From Sedimentisphaerales bacterium (GTDB lineage: Bacteria; Planctomycetota; Phycisphaerae; Sedimentisphaerales; SM23-30), in NCBI GenBank assembly GCA_963663805.2, contig CAXXMR010000019.1, positions 1 to 64,000 of the forward strand: a stretch of 64,000 nt of DNA. Direction: 5' to 3'. The stretch's first letter is position 1; every line of letters starts with the position of its first letter. Both the position numbers and the translations under genes were made by a program. Shown piece after piece: positions 18,953 to 28,547 of the stretch. Below the pieces are notes generated by a model, which saw nothing but the letters and a program-made list of their open reading frames with translations, was not told where the DNA came from and did not search any database.

Positions 18953-20902
18953 ATGAACATCGCCGCGACAGAAAATCATCAGGGGCTTCCCGCCGACTAT
19001 ATACAAAATATTCTCGACAACTGGCCGGCAGCAAAACTTCTTCGCGAAAATCTTGACGCGCTGAAAAAATCAAACCTAACCCTAAGCCAAAAAATAAACG
19101 ACACTCCGACACCGGACCATGTCGAATTCGTGATCGCACGGGACGGTTCACCAAGTTTTCGGCTTATCGAAAATCAAAAGAAAATCTGGCTGGGCTATAG
19201 TTCCGTTCCACGTATTTTCGCCGAATGCCACTGTCAGCATGTAGAGCTGGGCAGTGACAATCTCGCCGGCAATGGTATCGGCCACGCCGCTGATGCTAAA
19301 CTGCTCTTGCAAATGATGGACATCCATCAATGTCTTTTTATTCTGGAACCCAACCTGCTGAATATCAAACTGGCCTTTCAGCTTCAGGATTTATCGGAAG
19401 AAATTTCTCAGGGCCGACTTGTGCTGATTACCGACCCCGAACCACAAAATGAACTGCGCGAATTTTATTGTCAGTATCCCGGCTACAACCTGGTGGGTCA
19501 GGCAATTTCCCGTCCCCATTTAACTCAGCCGGAAAACCGACGCTTCGCGGAAACCGTTACCGCGGCCATGGAATCTATCGCCGCCGGCAGTATTCAGACA
19601 ATTAACCGCATCGCCCAAAAATTCCACGAGCTGACAACACCTGATTTTCCGAACCGGATTCGCTCTATAACAAATTCACCACCGTATTCAAAACTGTGCG
19701 TAATTAACTGTACCAATACCAATCACCCTGCCGACGTAGTCACCAGCCGCGATTGCCTGGCAGGCCTGAAATCCCTGGACGTTTTTATCGACCATCTTTT
19801 TTTCGACCGCCCCGACAAAGTTTCACAACTAAGCCAGCTTCAACGAGTCGAACAAAATCAACCTCAGATTATTTTGCTGGTTGATATGCTCCGCGGCGAC
19901 CTGGGCCACCCCCTGCCGGAAAATACCATTTGCGCCACTCTGCTGCGGCAGTCGCCGGCTAATCTATTTGCCGAAATCGCTCTAACAAAAATCGGTAAAT
20001 TTGATTTCATTTTTCCCTGTCGTGACGACCAGCGTGAAAAACTCAGCGACAACGGCTTTGCCCCGGAAAAACTGCACACCCTGCCTCTGGCGGTTAATCC
20101 CGATATTTTCCATCCGCTGTCCGCGGAGCAAAATGACCTTCAGAAATACAAGGGACAGATAAGCTTTATCAGCCATCGTTCTAGTATCGACCCGGAAAAA
20201 TATAATATCCACCTGCCCACACATCAGAAACTCTGGAAATCTGTCCAGACCGAAATTACGCAACGTATTGACGAATATCAGTTTGATAATGCCGGCAAAT
20301 TCCTCAACCGCGCCGAGAGAAACGGTGTAGAACTTAAAGAACCTGACCTGCGTCACCACTTCACGGAACTCATCGCCAACTATCTCGCCCCCAGCGTTGT
20401 GAAGGACATACACTGCCGGGAAATTATGAAAGCCGGCTTGCATCTAAACGTCTGGTCCTGGTCCCCCGCCTTCACGGAAATTTCATCCAAAGCAACGGAA
20501 GGCTGGCTGGAATCGCCGGCAGCTTCGGCGGTACGCGGCATGGTCGGTTACGGCAGCGCCTTAAACAAAATTTTCAACACCGCCCCACTGACAGTTTTCA
20601 TCGATACCACCGGCCTGGTAGAACAAGCCCTGCTCGAATCCCTCGCCGCGGGCAGCCTGCCCCTTCTACGCCGACACCCCAACCATCGCACCGCCAACGG
20701 TATCGCTGCCTATCTGGAAATCGATAAAGAAATCGTCACCTTCGCCACCCCCGCCGAATTAATCGAAAAAGCCCGCTATTACCTCGCTCACAATGAAGAA
20801 CGAGAAATACTCGTCCAGACCGCTCGCGAAAAAATCCTGAGTTGCCACACCATGCAAAATCGCATGGCAGAAATGATTAACTTCATCAGAGAAAAAATCT
20901 AA
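18953..20902 (+). CDS. Putative glycosyltransferase: Maf/DUF115-like N-terminus and CgeB-like C-terminus
   Basis: N-terminal LLRENLDALK...GIGH...FILEPN; C-terminal LPLAVNPDIFHP and ELIEKARYYLAHNEER...HTMQNR. Confidence 0.7.
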   Translation: MNIAATENHQGLPADYIQNILDNWPAAKLLRENLDALKKSNLTLSQKINDTPTPDHVEFVIARDGSPSFRLIENQKKIWLGYSSVPRIFAECHCQHVELGSDNLAGNGIGHAADAKLLLQMMDIHQCLFILEPNLLNIKLAFQLQDLSEEISQGRLVLITDPEPQNELREFYCQYPGYNLVGQAISRPHLTQPENRRFAETVTAAMESIAAGSIQTINRIAQKFHELTTPDFPNRIRSITNSPPYSKLCVINCTNTNHPADVVTSRDCLAGLKSLDVFIDHLFFDRPDKVSQLSQLQRVEQNQPQIILLVDMLRGDLGHPLPENTICATLLRQSPANLFAEIALTKIGKFDFIFPCRDDQREKLSDNGFAPEKLHTLPLAVNPDIFHPLSAEQNDLQKYKGQISFISHRSSIDPEKYNIHLPTHQKLWKSVQTEITQRIDEYQFDNAGKFLNRAERNGVELKEPDLRHHFTELIANYLAPSVVKDIHCREIMKAGLHLNVWSWSPAFTEISSKATEGWLESPAASAVRGMVGYGSALNKIFNTAPLTVFIDTTGLVEQALLESLAAGSLPLLRRHPNHRTANGIAAYLEIDKEIVTFATPAELIEKARYYLAHNEEREILVQTAREKILSCHTMQNRMAEMINFIREKI

Positions 20903-20903
20903 T

Positions 20904-20931
20904 AAAAAAGCCGGGCGATTATACCCGGCTT
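20904..20931 (-). terminator. Hairpin between convergent genes; U-tract on the minus strand
   Basis: AAGCCGGG/CCCGGCTT preceded by an A-run. Confidence 0.7.
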
Positions 20932-20976
20932 AGTAATTCTATTGATAAAACGCAATTCGATATGAGCTTAGCCCCC

Positions 20977-21729
20977 CTACCGGCGCAAATCCTGATGTTT
21001 GCCTAATTCGTTTTTGCGTTCATAGACACTGACGATGCGACCTATCCGCCGAATAACCTGACGGCCTTCTTCGGTTGCTTCCAGACCCAGCAACTGGAAA
21101 CCCAGCATTACCCGGTCGGTGCCTTCAATCATATCGGCATGACGAAAACGAACTTCAACTTCAATCGGTCGCTGGTCCGCCATCGGCTTGAACGAAACCT
21201 GATGAATCTCATTTTCGCCCAATTCAGGCTGCTGGTCGTTCGTAACCACCACGCCAATTCCACCAGCCGAAAGATTAAAAAGTTTACCCTGCCAGCTCTT
21301 GCCGTTTTCGCGGGTCATGGTTACCAGAACTTCTTCGCTTTCGGGAACCTCGGCGCGATTATAGGTACGACGCTGTATCTTTTCGATTTGCTGCGGGGCA
21401 AAAACTTTCATGCCCGGCACCAGCTCGCCCGACTCCAGTTCGTACTGCTCCTGCCCTACCACGCGCGTGGTGAACAGACATTTGTTATACCCCTTCTTAA
21501 AAGCAATCGCGACAACTTGGCCCGAAGCCAGTTCCATCGGACAGACGTTCTCATCCGGAATCGGCTCGGAAAACAAAAGACGATTACCCTGAATCGCTAA
21601 AAACTGGGTCTTATAAACCTGCCAGGTATTATCAACCCGACGCGTTAAAGTCATCGGAACCCGTTTTTCCGCGGCCTGCTGCAACAACTCACGACATTCC
21701 TGACCTACGGCGAATTTACGATTACGCAT
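20977..21729 (-). CDS. YcgR-like PilZ-domain c-di-GMP receptor (flagellar brake type)
   Basis: QRRTYNR (RxxxR) and NLSAGG (D/NxSxxG); N-terminal PilZN-like domain. Likely start MRNRK. Confidence 0.88.
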   Translation of the reverse strand: MRNRKFAVGQECRELLQQAAEKRVPMTLTRRVDNTWQVYKTQFLAIQGNRLLFSEPIPDENVCPMELASGQVVAIAFKKGYNKCLFTTRVVGQEQYELESGELVPGMKVFAPQQIEKIQRRTYNRAEVPESEEVLVTMTRENGKSWQGKLFNLSAGGIGVVVTNDQQPELGENEIHQVSFKPMADQRPIEVEVRFRHADMIEGTDRVMLGFQLLGLEATEEGRQVIRRIGRIVSVYERKNELGKHQDLRR

Positions 21730-21891
21730 CTTAAGGTGCTCCCTGATAGCTCTGGTTCTGTAAGCATTTCCGGCTGACCCCGTAAGGGGTGTACACATTC
21801 CAGCCGCTACAGATTCTATGTCGGCACATAGAAACCCCGGGTTGAGAACAATCCAACCTTAAATCCCCGCCGCCGCCGCGTAAAAACCGCC

Positions 21892-23727
21892 TTATAATTC
21901 CGGAACCGGCCCCGCCAATAACTCGTATTCGGTCATCGTTGAGCGGTCGCCGGTCTGGATACGCTGACAAAGGAGCTGTACCTGAGCCTGATTGCGGCGG
22001 ATATAGCGTTTAGCGACAGCGGCTTTGCGTTTACGCATGGTCCGGTAATCATCGCATAAAGCACTGGGGTTATCGGAACTTTCGAGCTTTTTGGCGTCAA
22101 CTTTGGTGAAAGCATCTTCCCAGGCGGGTTCGGCGATGCTTTGGCGGAGAAAAAGATGGCCGACAATCAGCATAATCGCGGTATCTACCAGATCACGACC
22201 TGCCAGGTCCATGTATTCGGTGCCGGGCTGAGATTTGGTAAAGACCACCGCTTCCATCAACTGTTCGCGACCCTGCTTGAGAATCTCTGACAAATCGGCG
22301 TTTTCGGTGCCGTAATCATATTCTTCCAGCTCCAGCAGGTATTTCTCGGCGGTCCCGCTGCAAACGCCCCGCACCGCAGCGACAACCTGCAACTGGCTGG
22401 TCCCTTCGTAAATATTGGTAATACGGGCATCGCGGGCATGACGCTCGGAGGCGTAATCCTTCATATAACCACTGCCGCCGAGTACCTGAATGGCATTATA
22501 GGCAACCGTGTTACACATCTCCGAGGCCAGATACTTACTCATGGGAGTGAGCATACCCGCCAGACGTTTATATTTCTTTTCTTCCTGCTTGGCTGCACGT
22601 TTGGCATCTTTGTCCATGCTCTCGTCTTCGAGTTTGCGAGCAGCCCCGTTTTCATGGTCCACTACCCAGCAGGTTTCATAAGTGAGAGCGCGGGCGGCCT
22701 CTAGCTCTAACTTACTGTTAATCAAAAGGTCACGCACCGCCGGGAATGCTTCGATGGCCACCCCGAACTGGCGGCGACTGGCGGCATAATCACGGGCCAC
22801 CCGGTAAGCGGCCTCACCAATACCCAAAGACTGGGCGGCGATACCGACGCGGGCACCGTTCATCAGGGCCATCACATAAGTTACCAAACCGCGCTGACGC
22901 TCGCCAATGAGCTTACAGGGGGTATTATTGAAGAAAATTTCACAGGTAGGAGAGCCGTGGATACCAAGTTTGTTCTCCAGGCGACGTACCTTGACGGCCG
23001 GGCCGGGCTCACAGACGAACAGGCTCAAGCCCAAACCGCCGCTGCGGTCTGGTTCACTGCGAGCCAGAACCAGCAGTACCTCACCACAACCATTTGTAAT
23101 AAAACGCTTTACACCATGAAGCAGCCACTGGCCGCTCTCATCCTGATAGGCCCGCAGCTTGATAGCCTGCAAATCACTACCAGCATCAGGCTCGGTCAAA
23201 ACCATAGCGCCGGTGTATTTACCGTCAGAGAAACCGGGCAGGTATTCCTGTTTAATCTCCTCTGAGGCGAAGGCGTTAATAGTCTCGGCAATACCCTGCA
23301 AGCCATATATGTTCATCAGGGCGGCATCGGCACGGGAAACTATTTCAGTACTGAGAGTGTAGATAAAACTGGGGCAATTCAAGCCGCCAAAGCGGTGGGG
23401 CAGGGTGAAACCCATAACCTGAGCTTCAGCGAGCCGATCGAGGTTTTCCTGCATCCCCTGAGCGCGAGTTACGGTACCATCAGGGTTCAGGGTATTGCCC
23501 TGCTGGTCAACCTCTTCGGCACGGGGTGCGATGAAATCACCACTGATTTCACCGATTACATTCAGAATTTTGTCGTAATTATCGACAGCGTCATCGGCGT
23601 TTTCCGGGGCCCATTTAAACTTTTGGCCGTCGGAGAAGTCTCCTTCCATGATCTCAGCCAACTTACGGAGATTGTAGTGGCGAAAAAGAAACCTAATATC
23701 ATCATTATCAGTATAGAAATTAGCCAT
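21892..23727 (-). CDS. Acyl-CoA dehydrogenase
   Basis: LTEPDAGSDL, KRFITNG, KLGIHGSPT, IQVLGGSGY, IYEGTSQLQ. Confidence 0.96.
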   Translation of the reverse strand: MANFYTDNDDIRFLFRHYNLRKLAEIMEGDFSDGQKFKWAPENADDAVDNYDKILNVIGEISGDFIAPRAEEVDQQGNTLNPDGTVTRAQGMQENLDRLAEAQVMGFTLPHRFGGLNCPSFIYTLSTEIVSRADAALMNIYGLQGIAETINAFASEEIKQEYLPGFSDGKYTGAMVLTEPDAGSDLQAIKLRAYQDESGQWLLHGVKRFITNGCGEVLLVLARSEPDRSGGLGLSLFVCEPGPAVKVRRLENKLGIHGSPTCEIFFNNTPCKLIGERQRGLVTYVMALMNGARVGIAAQSLGIGEAAYRVARDYAASRRQFGVAIEAFPAVRDLLINSKLELEAARALTYETCWVVDHENGAARKLEDESMDKDAKRAAKQEEKKYKRLAGMLTPMSKYLASEMCNTVAYNAIQVLGGSGYMKDYASERHARDARITNIYEGTSQLQVVAAVRGVCSGTAEKYLLELEEYDYGTENADLSEILKQGREQLMEAVVFTKSQPGTEYMDLAGRDLVDTAIMLIVGHLFLRQSIAEPAWEDAFTKVDAKKLESSDNPSALCDDYRTMRKRKAAVAKRYIRRNQAQVQLLCQRIQTGDRSTMTEYELLAGPVPEL

Positions 23728-23772
23728 TTTAAACTCTCTGTTATCCTTTCGGCTGGGCCGGGGTATTTATAT

Positions 23773-24801
23773 TTAACTCTTGGCTTTTATAGCTTTTACC
23801 AAACGCGGGACTATATCGTTCATATCTCCGAGGATTTTATAATGGGCGAACTGGAAAATAGGTGCGTCAGGGTCATTGTTGATCGCTACAATTTTAGCGG
23901 ATTCGGCCATCCCGGCGTAATGCTGGACGGCACCACTAATACCAATAGCAATATACAAAGCTGGCCTAACGGTGGTACCAGTTTGGCCAATCTGATGGTC
24001 GTGGTCGATAAATCCGAGGTCAACGGCCGCCCGGCTGGCACCGGCGGCTCCGCCCAGTGCGTGAGCTAAGTCCCATACATGCTTGAAGTTATCTTTACTG
24101 CCAACACCTGCTCCGCCAGCGACGATGATACGTGAGGCCTTTAGATTGACCTTACGTTCGGTATGGAATCGTTCCAGGATTTCCAGAGGCAGGTCGGCTT
24201 TGTCGATGTCGGCCTTTTCCTTGATAATTTCGCCTTTAGCTTTGCTGTTGGGCTCAGCCATGGGCATTACACCTTCGCGAACCGTGGCCATCTGGGGCCA
24301 GCGGTCATAATTAATGATGGTGGCAATAATGTTACCGCCGAACGCGGGTCGAATCTGCATGAGCAGGTCTTTATGGACTTCCTGAGTTTTGGCAATGGTA
24401 TAGTCGCCGATCTGGAGGTCGGTGCAGTCAGCGGTCAGGCCAGCCCGCATGGTCGAAGCGACCCGGGGCGCGAGGTCACGACCCACAGCGGTAGCACCAT
24501 AGATAACGATTTGCGGCTTGTGCTTTTGAATCATCTGGCAAAATGCCTTGGCGTAGCTAATGGTCTGGTACTCTTTGAGCAGAGGGTTATCAGCAATATA
24601 AACCTTGTCGGCACCATATGTTATCAGCTCATCGCCTAGTTTTTCCACATTGCTTCCTGGAAGGACCGCGGCCAATTTGACCGACAATGTGTCGGCCAGC
24701 TCGCGGCCTTTGCTGAGCAGTTCGAGGGGGACATCACTGAGTTTTCCGTCACGCTGTTCAGCGAAAACCCAGACTTCACCTTTTCTATTTACTTCTATCA
24801 T
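23773..24801 (-). CDS. etfA: Electron transfer flavoprotein alpha subunit
   Basis: GLTADCT, RPAFGGN, QIGQTG, GISGAVQH. Confidence 0.96.
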   Translation of the reverse strand: MIEVNRKGEVWVFAEQRDGKLSDVPLELLSKGRELADTLSVKLAAVLPGSNVEKLGDELITYGADKVYIADNPLLKEYQTISYAKAFCQMIQKHKPQIVIYGATAVGRDLAPRVASTMRAGLTADCTDLQIGDYTIAKTQEVHKDLLMQIRPAFGGNIIATIINYDRWPQMATVREGVMPMAEPNSKAKGEIIKEKADIDKADLPLEILERFHTERKVNLKASRIIVAGGAGVGSKDNFKHVWDLAHALGGAAGASRAAVDLGFIDHDHQIGQTGTTVRPALYIAIGISGAVQHYAGMAESAKIVAINNDPDAPIFQFAHYKILGDMNDIVPRLVKAIKAKS

Positions 24802-24807
24802 AATTTA

Positions 24808-25674
24808 TTAACCTATAGTGTGGTCTTCGATAAGTTCATGTACCATTTGACGTAATCCTTCGTCGGTGGGCTCAACGTCTTTGGAGCCGGTGGCGGTGAG
24901 GACTACACTTTGTATGCGGTGGACCTTGGTGGGGCTTCCTTCCCGGCCACACCACTGGAAATCGACATCGAGGTGGTCCAAATCCCAGTTTTCGATAAGC
25001 AGGCCCTTATCCTCAAGTTTCTTGAGGTCGGCGGGGGAGGCGTCCTTGAGTTCAGCGGCACTGCGGGCCCGTTTGAACTGCATCATACGCCTGACACCGG
25101 CGGGGCGGGGGTCATTGGCGGTATCCATAACTGTCAGTAATACCGGCAACTTACATTTAGTTTTTTCCCAGCCGGCAGTGATATTGCGACGCACGGTAAT
25201 TTCTTCGCCGGTCAGGTCGAGCAGTTCCTCAACATAGGTAATCTGAGGAATACCGAGCTTTTCGGCGGCCTGGGGGCCTACCTGGGCGGTATCACCGTCG
25301 ATGGCCTGTCGACCACAGAGGACGATATCGACTTTGTCGAGCTTGCGAACACCACAGCTAAGGATGTAACTGGTTGCCAACGTGTCACTTGCGGCTGCCC
25401 GGCGGTCTGTAATAAGGATAGCCCGGTCGGCCCCGCGAAACAATGATTCGCGGAGAACGTTGCACGCCGAAGGCAGGCCCATAGTCATAACAGTTACGGT
25501 ACCGCCATGTTTCTGGCGAATCTGGAGGGCTAGTTCGAGGGCGTTAAGGTCCTCTGGGTTAAAAATCGCGGGCAGGGCCCCGCGATTGACGGTTCCATCA
25601 TCATTCATGGCTTTTCCGGTGACCGCTTTGGTATCGGGCACCTGCTTTACCAATACTACGCAGTTATATATCAT
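24808..25674 (-). CDS. etfB: Electron transfer flavoprotein beta subunit
   Basis: VKQVPDT, NPEDLNALE, SDTLATS, GRQAIDGDTAQVG. Confidence 0.96.
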   Translation of the reverse strand: MIYNCVVLVKQVPDTKAVTGKAMNDDGTVNRGALPAIFNPEDLNALELALQIRQKHGGTVTVMTMGLPSACNVLRESLFRGADRAILITDRRAAASDTLATSYILSCGVRKLDKVDIVLCGRQAIDGDTAQVGPQAAEKLGIPQITYVEELLDLTGEEITVRRNITAGWEKTKCKLPVLLTVMDTANDPRPAGVRRMMQFKRARSAAELKDASPADLKKLEDKGLLIENWDLDHLDVDFQWCGREGSPTKVHRIQSVVLTATGSKDVEPTDEGLRQMVHELIEDHTIG

Positions 25675-25700
25675 AATGTGCTCCTATACTAAAACGAGGT

Positions 25701-25729
25701 ACTTTAGGCTATGAGCGGGCCGGTGTCAA
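25701..25729 (-). promoter_or_regulatory. sigma70-type promoter of the etfB operon
   Basis: TTGACA-N17-TAAAGT on the minus strand. Confidence 0.65.
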
Positions 25730-25803
25730 TGGCTAAGCCGAGGGGTTTGAAATCCTAACCCAGATAAACTGGAAGCCCTAAGCTCTAAATTCTAAATCCG
25801 AAC

Positions 25804-26067
25804 CAAATTCTAAACACAAAATTCAAAATAACAACAACGACAATATTTAGCCGCGGATTACACGGATTACGCGGATTTTTAACGGCACCGCTTACTTCCG
25901 TACGCGGCTCTGGTAAATTGTTGCCATTTTGCGCAAAATTTCATTTGTAAGAGACTAAACAAATTCTAAACTCAAAATTCAGAACAACAAATAACGACAA
26001 TATTTAACCGCGGATTACACGGATTATGCGGATTTTTAACGGCACCGCTTACTTCCGTACGCGGCTC
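25804..26067. repeat. Tandem duplication of a ~107-bp composite repeat unit (25804-25910 and 25960-26067)
   Basis: Both units read CAAATTCTAAAC...AATATTTARCCGCGGATTACACGGATTAYGCGGATTTTTAACGGCACCGCTTACTTCCGTACGCGGCTC. Confidence 0.92.
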
Positions 26068-26294
26068 GGCTTTTGTTGGGGAGTGGGTTAAATATGGTTG
26101 TTGGGGGTTGTATCGGTGAACAGTAAAGCAGCTGATTTATGGAAAATAGTAATTTCACGTATGTTTTGTCGCGGCAAAAGTGCGGTGGTGAGGCCCACCA
26201 AAACGCGGTGAAAAGTCCGCGCGAACGGGCCTGAACAGACCGGTTTTTGACGGTTTTTGGCGAAAATTTCACGTTTTTTCTGGTTTTTGGGGGA

Positions 26295-26377
26295 AAGAAG
26301 GCAAGAGGCATTAGGCATGAGGCAGGAGTGAACGGCCGAGGTTTCGGCCTTTGGCCGAGAATTTTTATTTAACGGCA
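26295..26377 (+). repeat. Dispersed repeat family C (AAGAAGGCAAGAGGCATTAGGCATGAGGCAG...GAACGGC..GGTTTCG hairpin)
   Basis: First 31 nt are identical at 54048; partial copies at 54202-54243 and 59311-59367. Confidence 0.85.
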
Positions 26378-26745
26378 GGGATGAGGGCGGGGCGATCGAA
26401 CATTCAATATACATATGCATCGTCGATGGTGGTCTTATCCGGCCGCTTACGCGGCTCGGCTTCTGTACTCTTGTGGCCCATCCGGCTGCTTACGCGGCTC
26501 GGTTTCTGTGATGTGGCGACCCCTTCGGGGTCTTTTAAAGGGGAAAAATTGTAAACAATCACGAAGAAATTTTGAGGGGATAGGCTGAGGGAAAAGGCGG
26601 CCAGGAAATATTGTCGCACATGAGGGTGGCCAAGTGTAAAAAACTACTGGACATCGCTGGTCTAAGCGTCATAATTGTGCATCCTTTGTAAGGTGTCAAA
26701 TGGCAAAGGTAGTTGTTGTACTTCTTTTTCGGAAAGGAATTGGCT

Positions 26746-28350
26746 GTGTTTAAGATTCTGGTGAGCGACAAACTGGCCCAAGAAGGGTTGGATATTCTTA
26801 ACAGCATGGATGACGTTGAAGTAACGGTTAAGACCGGTATGAGTGAGGATGAACTCTGTGAGGTTATCGGCGAATTTGATGGTCTGATTATTCGCAGTGC
26901 CACCAAGGTCACTGCCAAGGTTCTGGAAAAGGCGGTTCGTCTCCGCGGTATTGCCCGTGCGGGTGTGGGAGTTGACAATGTTGATATTCCGGTGGCTACG
27001 CAAAAGGGCGTGGTTGTGATGAATACGCCAGACGGCAATACGATAAGTGCGGCGGAACATACCATCGCGATTATGATGGCTCAGTCTCGTTATGTGGTTC
27101 AGGGCTGTTCGACCACCAAGGCGGGCGGCTGGGATCGCAAGAAATTCCAGGGCAGTCAGCTAATGGGCAAGACTCTGGGTGTTGTGGGTCTGGGTCGTAT
27201 CGGTATGGCAGTTGCCCGCCGGGCGATGGGTTTAAAAATGAAGGTTATCGGTTATGATCCGGTGGCCACTCCTGAAGCGGCTGAGCAGGCCGGTGTTCAG
27301 GTTTATTCTGATATTAAAGAATTGTGCAAAGACTGTGACTATCTCACCTTGCATGTCCCTGTTACCGACCAGACGCGCGGCATGATTAACGCTGAGCTGC
27401 TGGCGACGATGAAACCGACGGCGCGGATTGTTAATGTCGCGCGTGGTCCGGTGATTGTTGAAGACGATCTTTACGATGCTCTGGAGCAGGGCAAGCTGGC
27501 GGGTGCGGCATTGGATGTTTTTAATGAAGAGCCTCCGAAGAATCGCCGGTTTGAGAAAATTGACAGTTGTCTGGTGACACCGCATTTGGGTGCGAGTACT
27601 GACGAGGCTCAGATTGATGTGGCGATTGACGCAGCCAAGGAACTGGTTGATGCTTTGCGGGGTGTGGCGCTGCGTAACGCGGTAAATGTCCCTGGTTTGG
27701 ATAAGACTCTGCCGGAGATGGTTCGCTATTACCGCGGTTTGGCTGAGCGTCTGGGTATGATTGTCAGCGCGATGGCGCCGGGCAAGATTGAGAAAATCGA
27801 AGTTGCTTATCGCGGTGACATTGCGGCGATGGATATTTCTCCGATTACGACGAGTTTCAGCGTTGGGGTGTTAGCTAATCTGATTGATGAGCCGGTAAAC
27901 GTGGTTAATGTACCGATTCTGGCGAAGGAACGCGGAATTAGCATCGACGAGACAAAGAACCCGGAGTCGAAATTTTATGCCAGCACAATGACGGTGCGGG
28001 TGGTGACCGATAAGGCTGACCGTACGGTTAAGGGTACGGTAATCGGCAAGGGTTTGCCGCGTATTATCGGGATTGATGATTTTGATCTGGATATGTCGCC
28101 GGAAGGTGCTTTGATGATTATCTTCAATGACGACCGTCCGGGCGTTATCGGTGCGGTGGGCACGATTTGCGGCAAGCATAAAATCAATATCGGCACGATG
28201 GGTGTCGGTCGGGTTAAAGACCAGCAGCGTGCAGTGCTGGCAATCAGTATGGACGAAGTTCCTGATGACAAGGCGGTCGCTGAATTTCAGAAGCAGGATT
28301 TCGTCAAGAATGTATTTGTTTGTGAGCTGCCCGGTGGCGGCGCCAACTAG
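26746..28350 (+). CDS. serA: D-3-phosphoglycerate dehydrogenase (long form with ASB/ACT domains)
   Basis: RAGVGVDNVD, GLGRIG, AALDVF, TPHLGAST, DRPGVIG. GTG start after GGAAAGGA. Confidence 0.97.
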   Translation: MFKILVSDKLAQEGLDILNSMDDVEVTVKTGMSEDELCEVIGEFDGLIIRSATKVTAKVLEKAVRLRGIARAGVGVDNVDIPVATQKGVVVMNTPDGNTISAAEHTIAIMMAQSRYVVQGCSTTKAGGWDRKKFQGSQLMGKTLGVVGLGRIGMAVARRAMGLKMKVIGYDPVATPEAAEQAGVQVYSDIKELCKDCDYLTLHVPVTDQTRGMINAELLATMKPTARIVNVARGPVIVEDDLYDALEQGKLAGAALDVFNEEPPKNRRFEKIDSCLVTPHLGASTDEAQIDVAIDAAKELVDALRGVALRNAVNVPGLDKTLPEMVRYYRGLAERLGMIVSAMAPGKIEKIEVAYRGDIAAMDISPITTSFSVGVLANLIDEPVNVVNVPILAKERGISIDETKNPESKFYASTMTVRVVTDKADRTVKGTVIGKGLPRIIGIDDFDLDMSPEGALMIIFNDDRPGVIGAVGTICGKHKINIGTMGVGRVKDQQRAVLAISMDEVPDDKAVAEFQKQDFVKNVFVCELPGGGAN

Positions 28351-28368
28351 CTTGTAAGAAATTTATCG

Positions 28369-28399
28369 GGCCGGCGATACTGAATACGTATCGTCGGCC
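28369..28399 (+). terminator. Hairpin after serA
   Basis: GGCCGGCGATAC/GTATCGTCGGCC; weak U-tract. Confidence 0.5.
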
Positions 28400-28547
28400 T
28401 GTTCAGGCTTTGTAGTATCACGGACCAAATTCGTATTCATGGTTTGCTCACGGCGTCGGAACCGGCAAAAACGATAGTATACAGCGGGTGTGTGTGTATC
28501 TGCACGCTTATCTGTAGGTTAATTTGTACTCGTTTTTAGGAGTGAAC

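Noticed and set aside
25804..26067. Possible CRISPR array
   Set aside because: Only two long units, no 25-45-nt repeat/unique-spacer periodicity, and no cas genes in the window.
26036..26619. Short ORFs between etfB and serA
   Set aside because: They overlap dispersed repeats and show no protein-like motifs.
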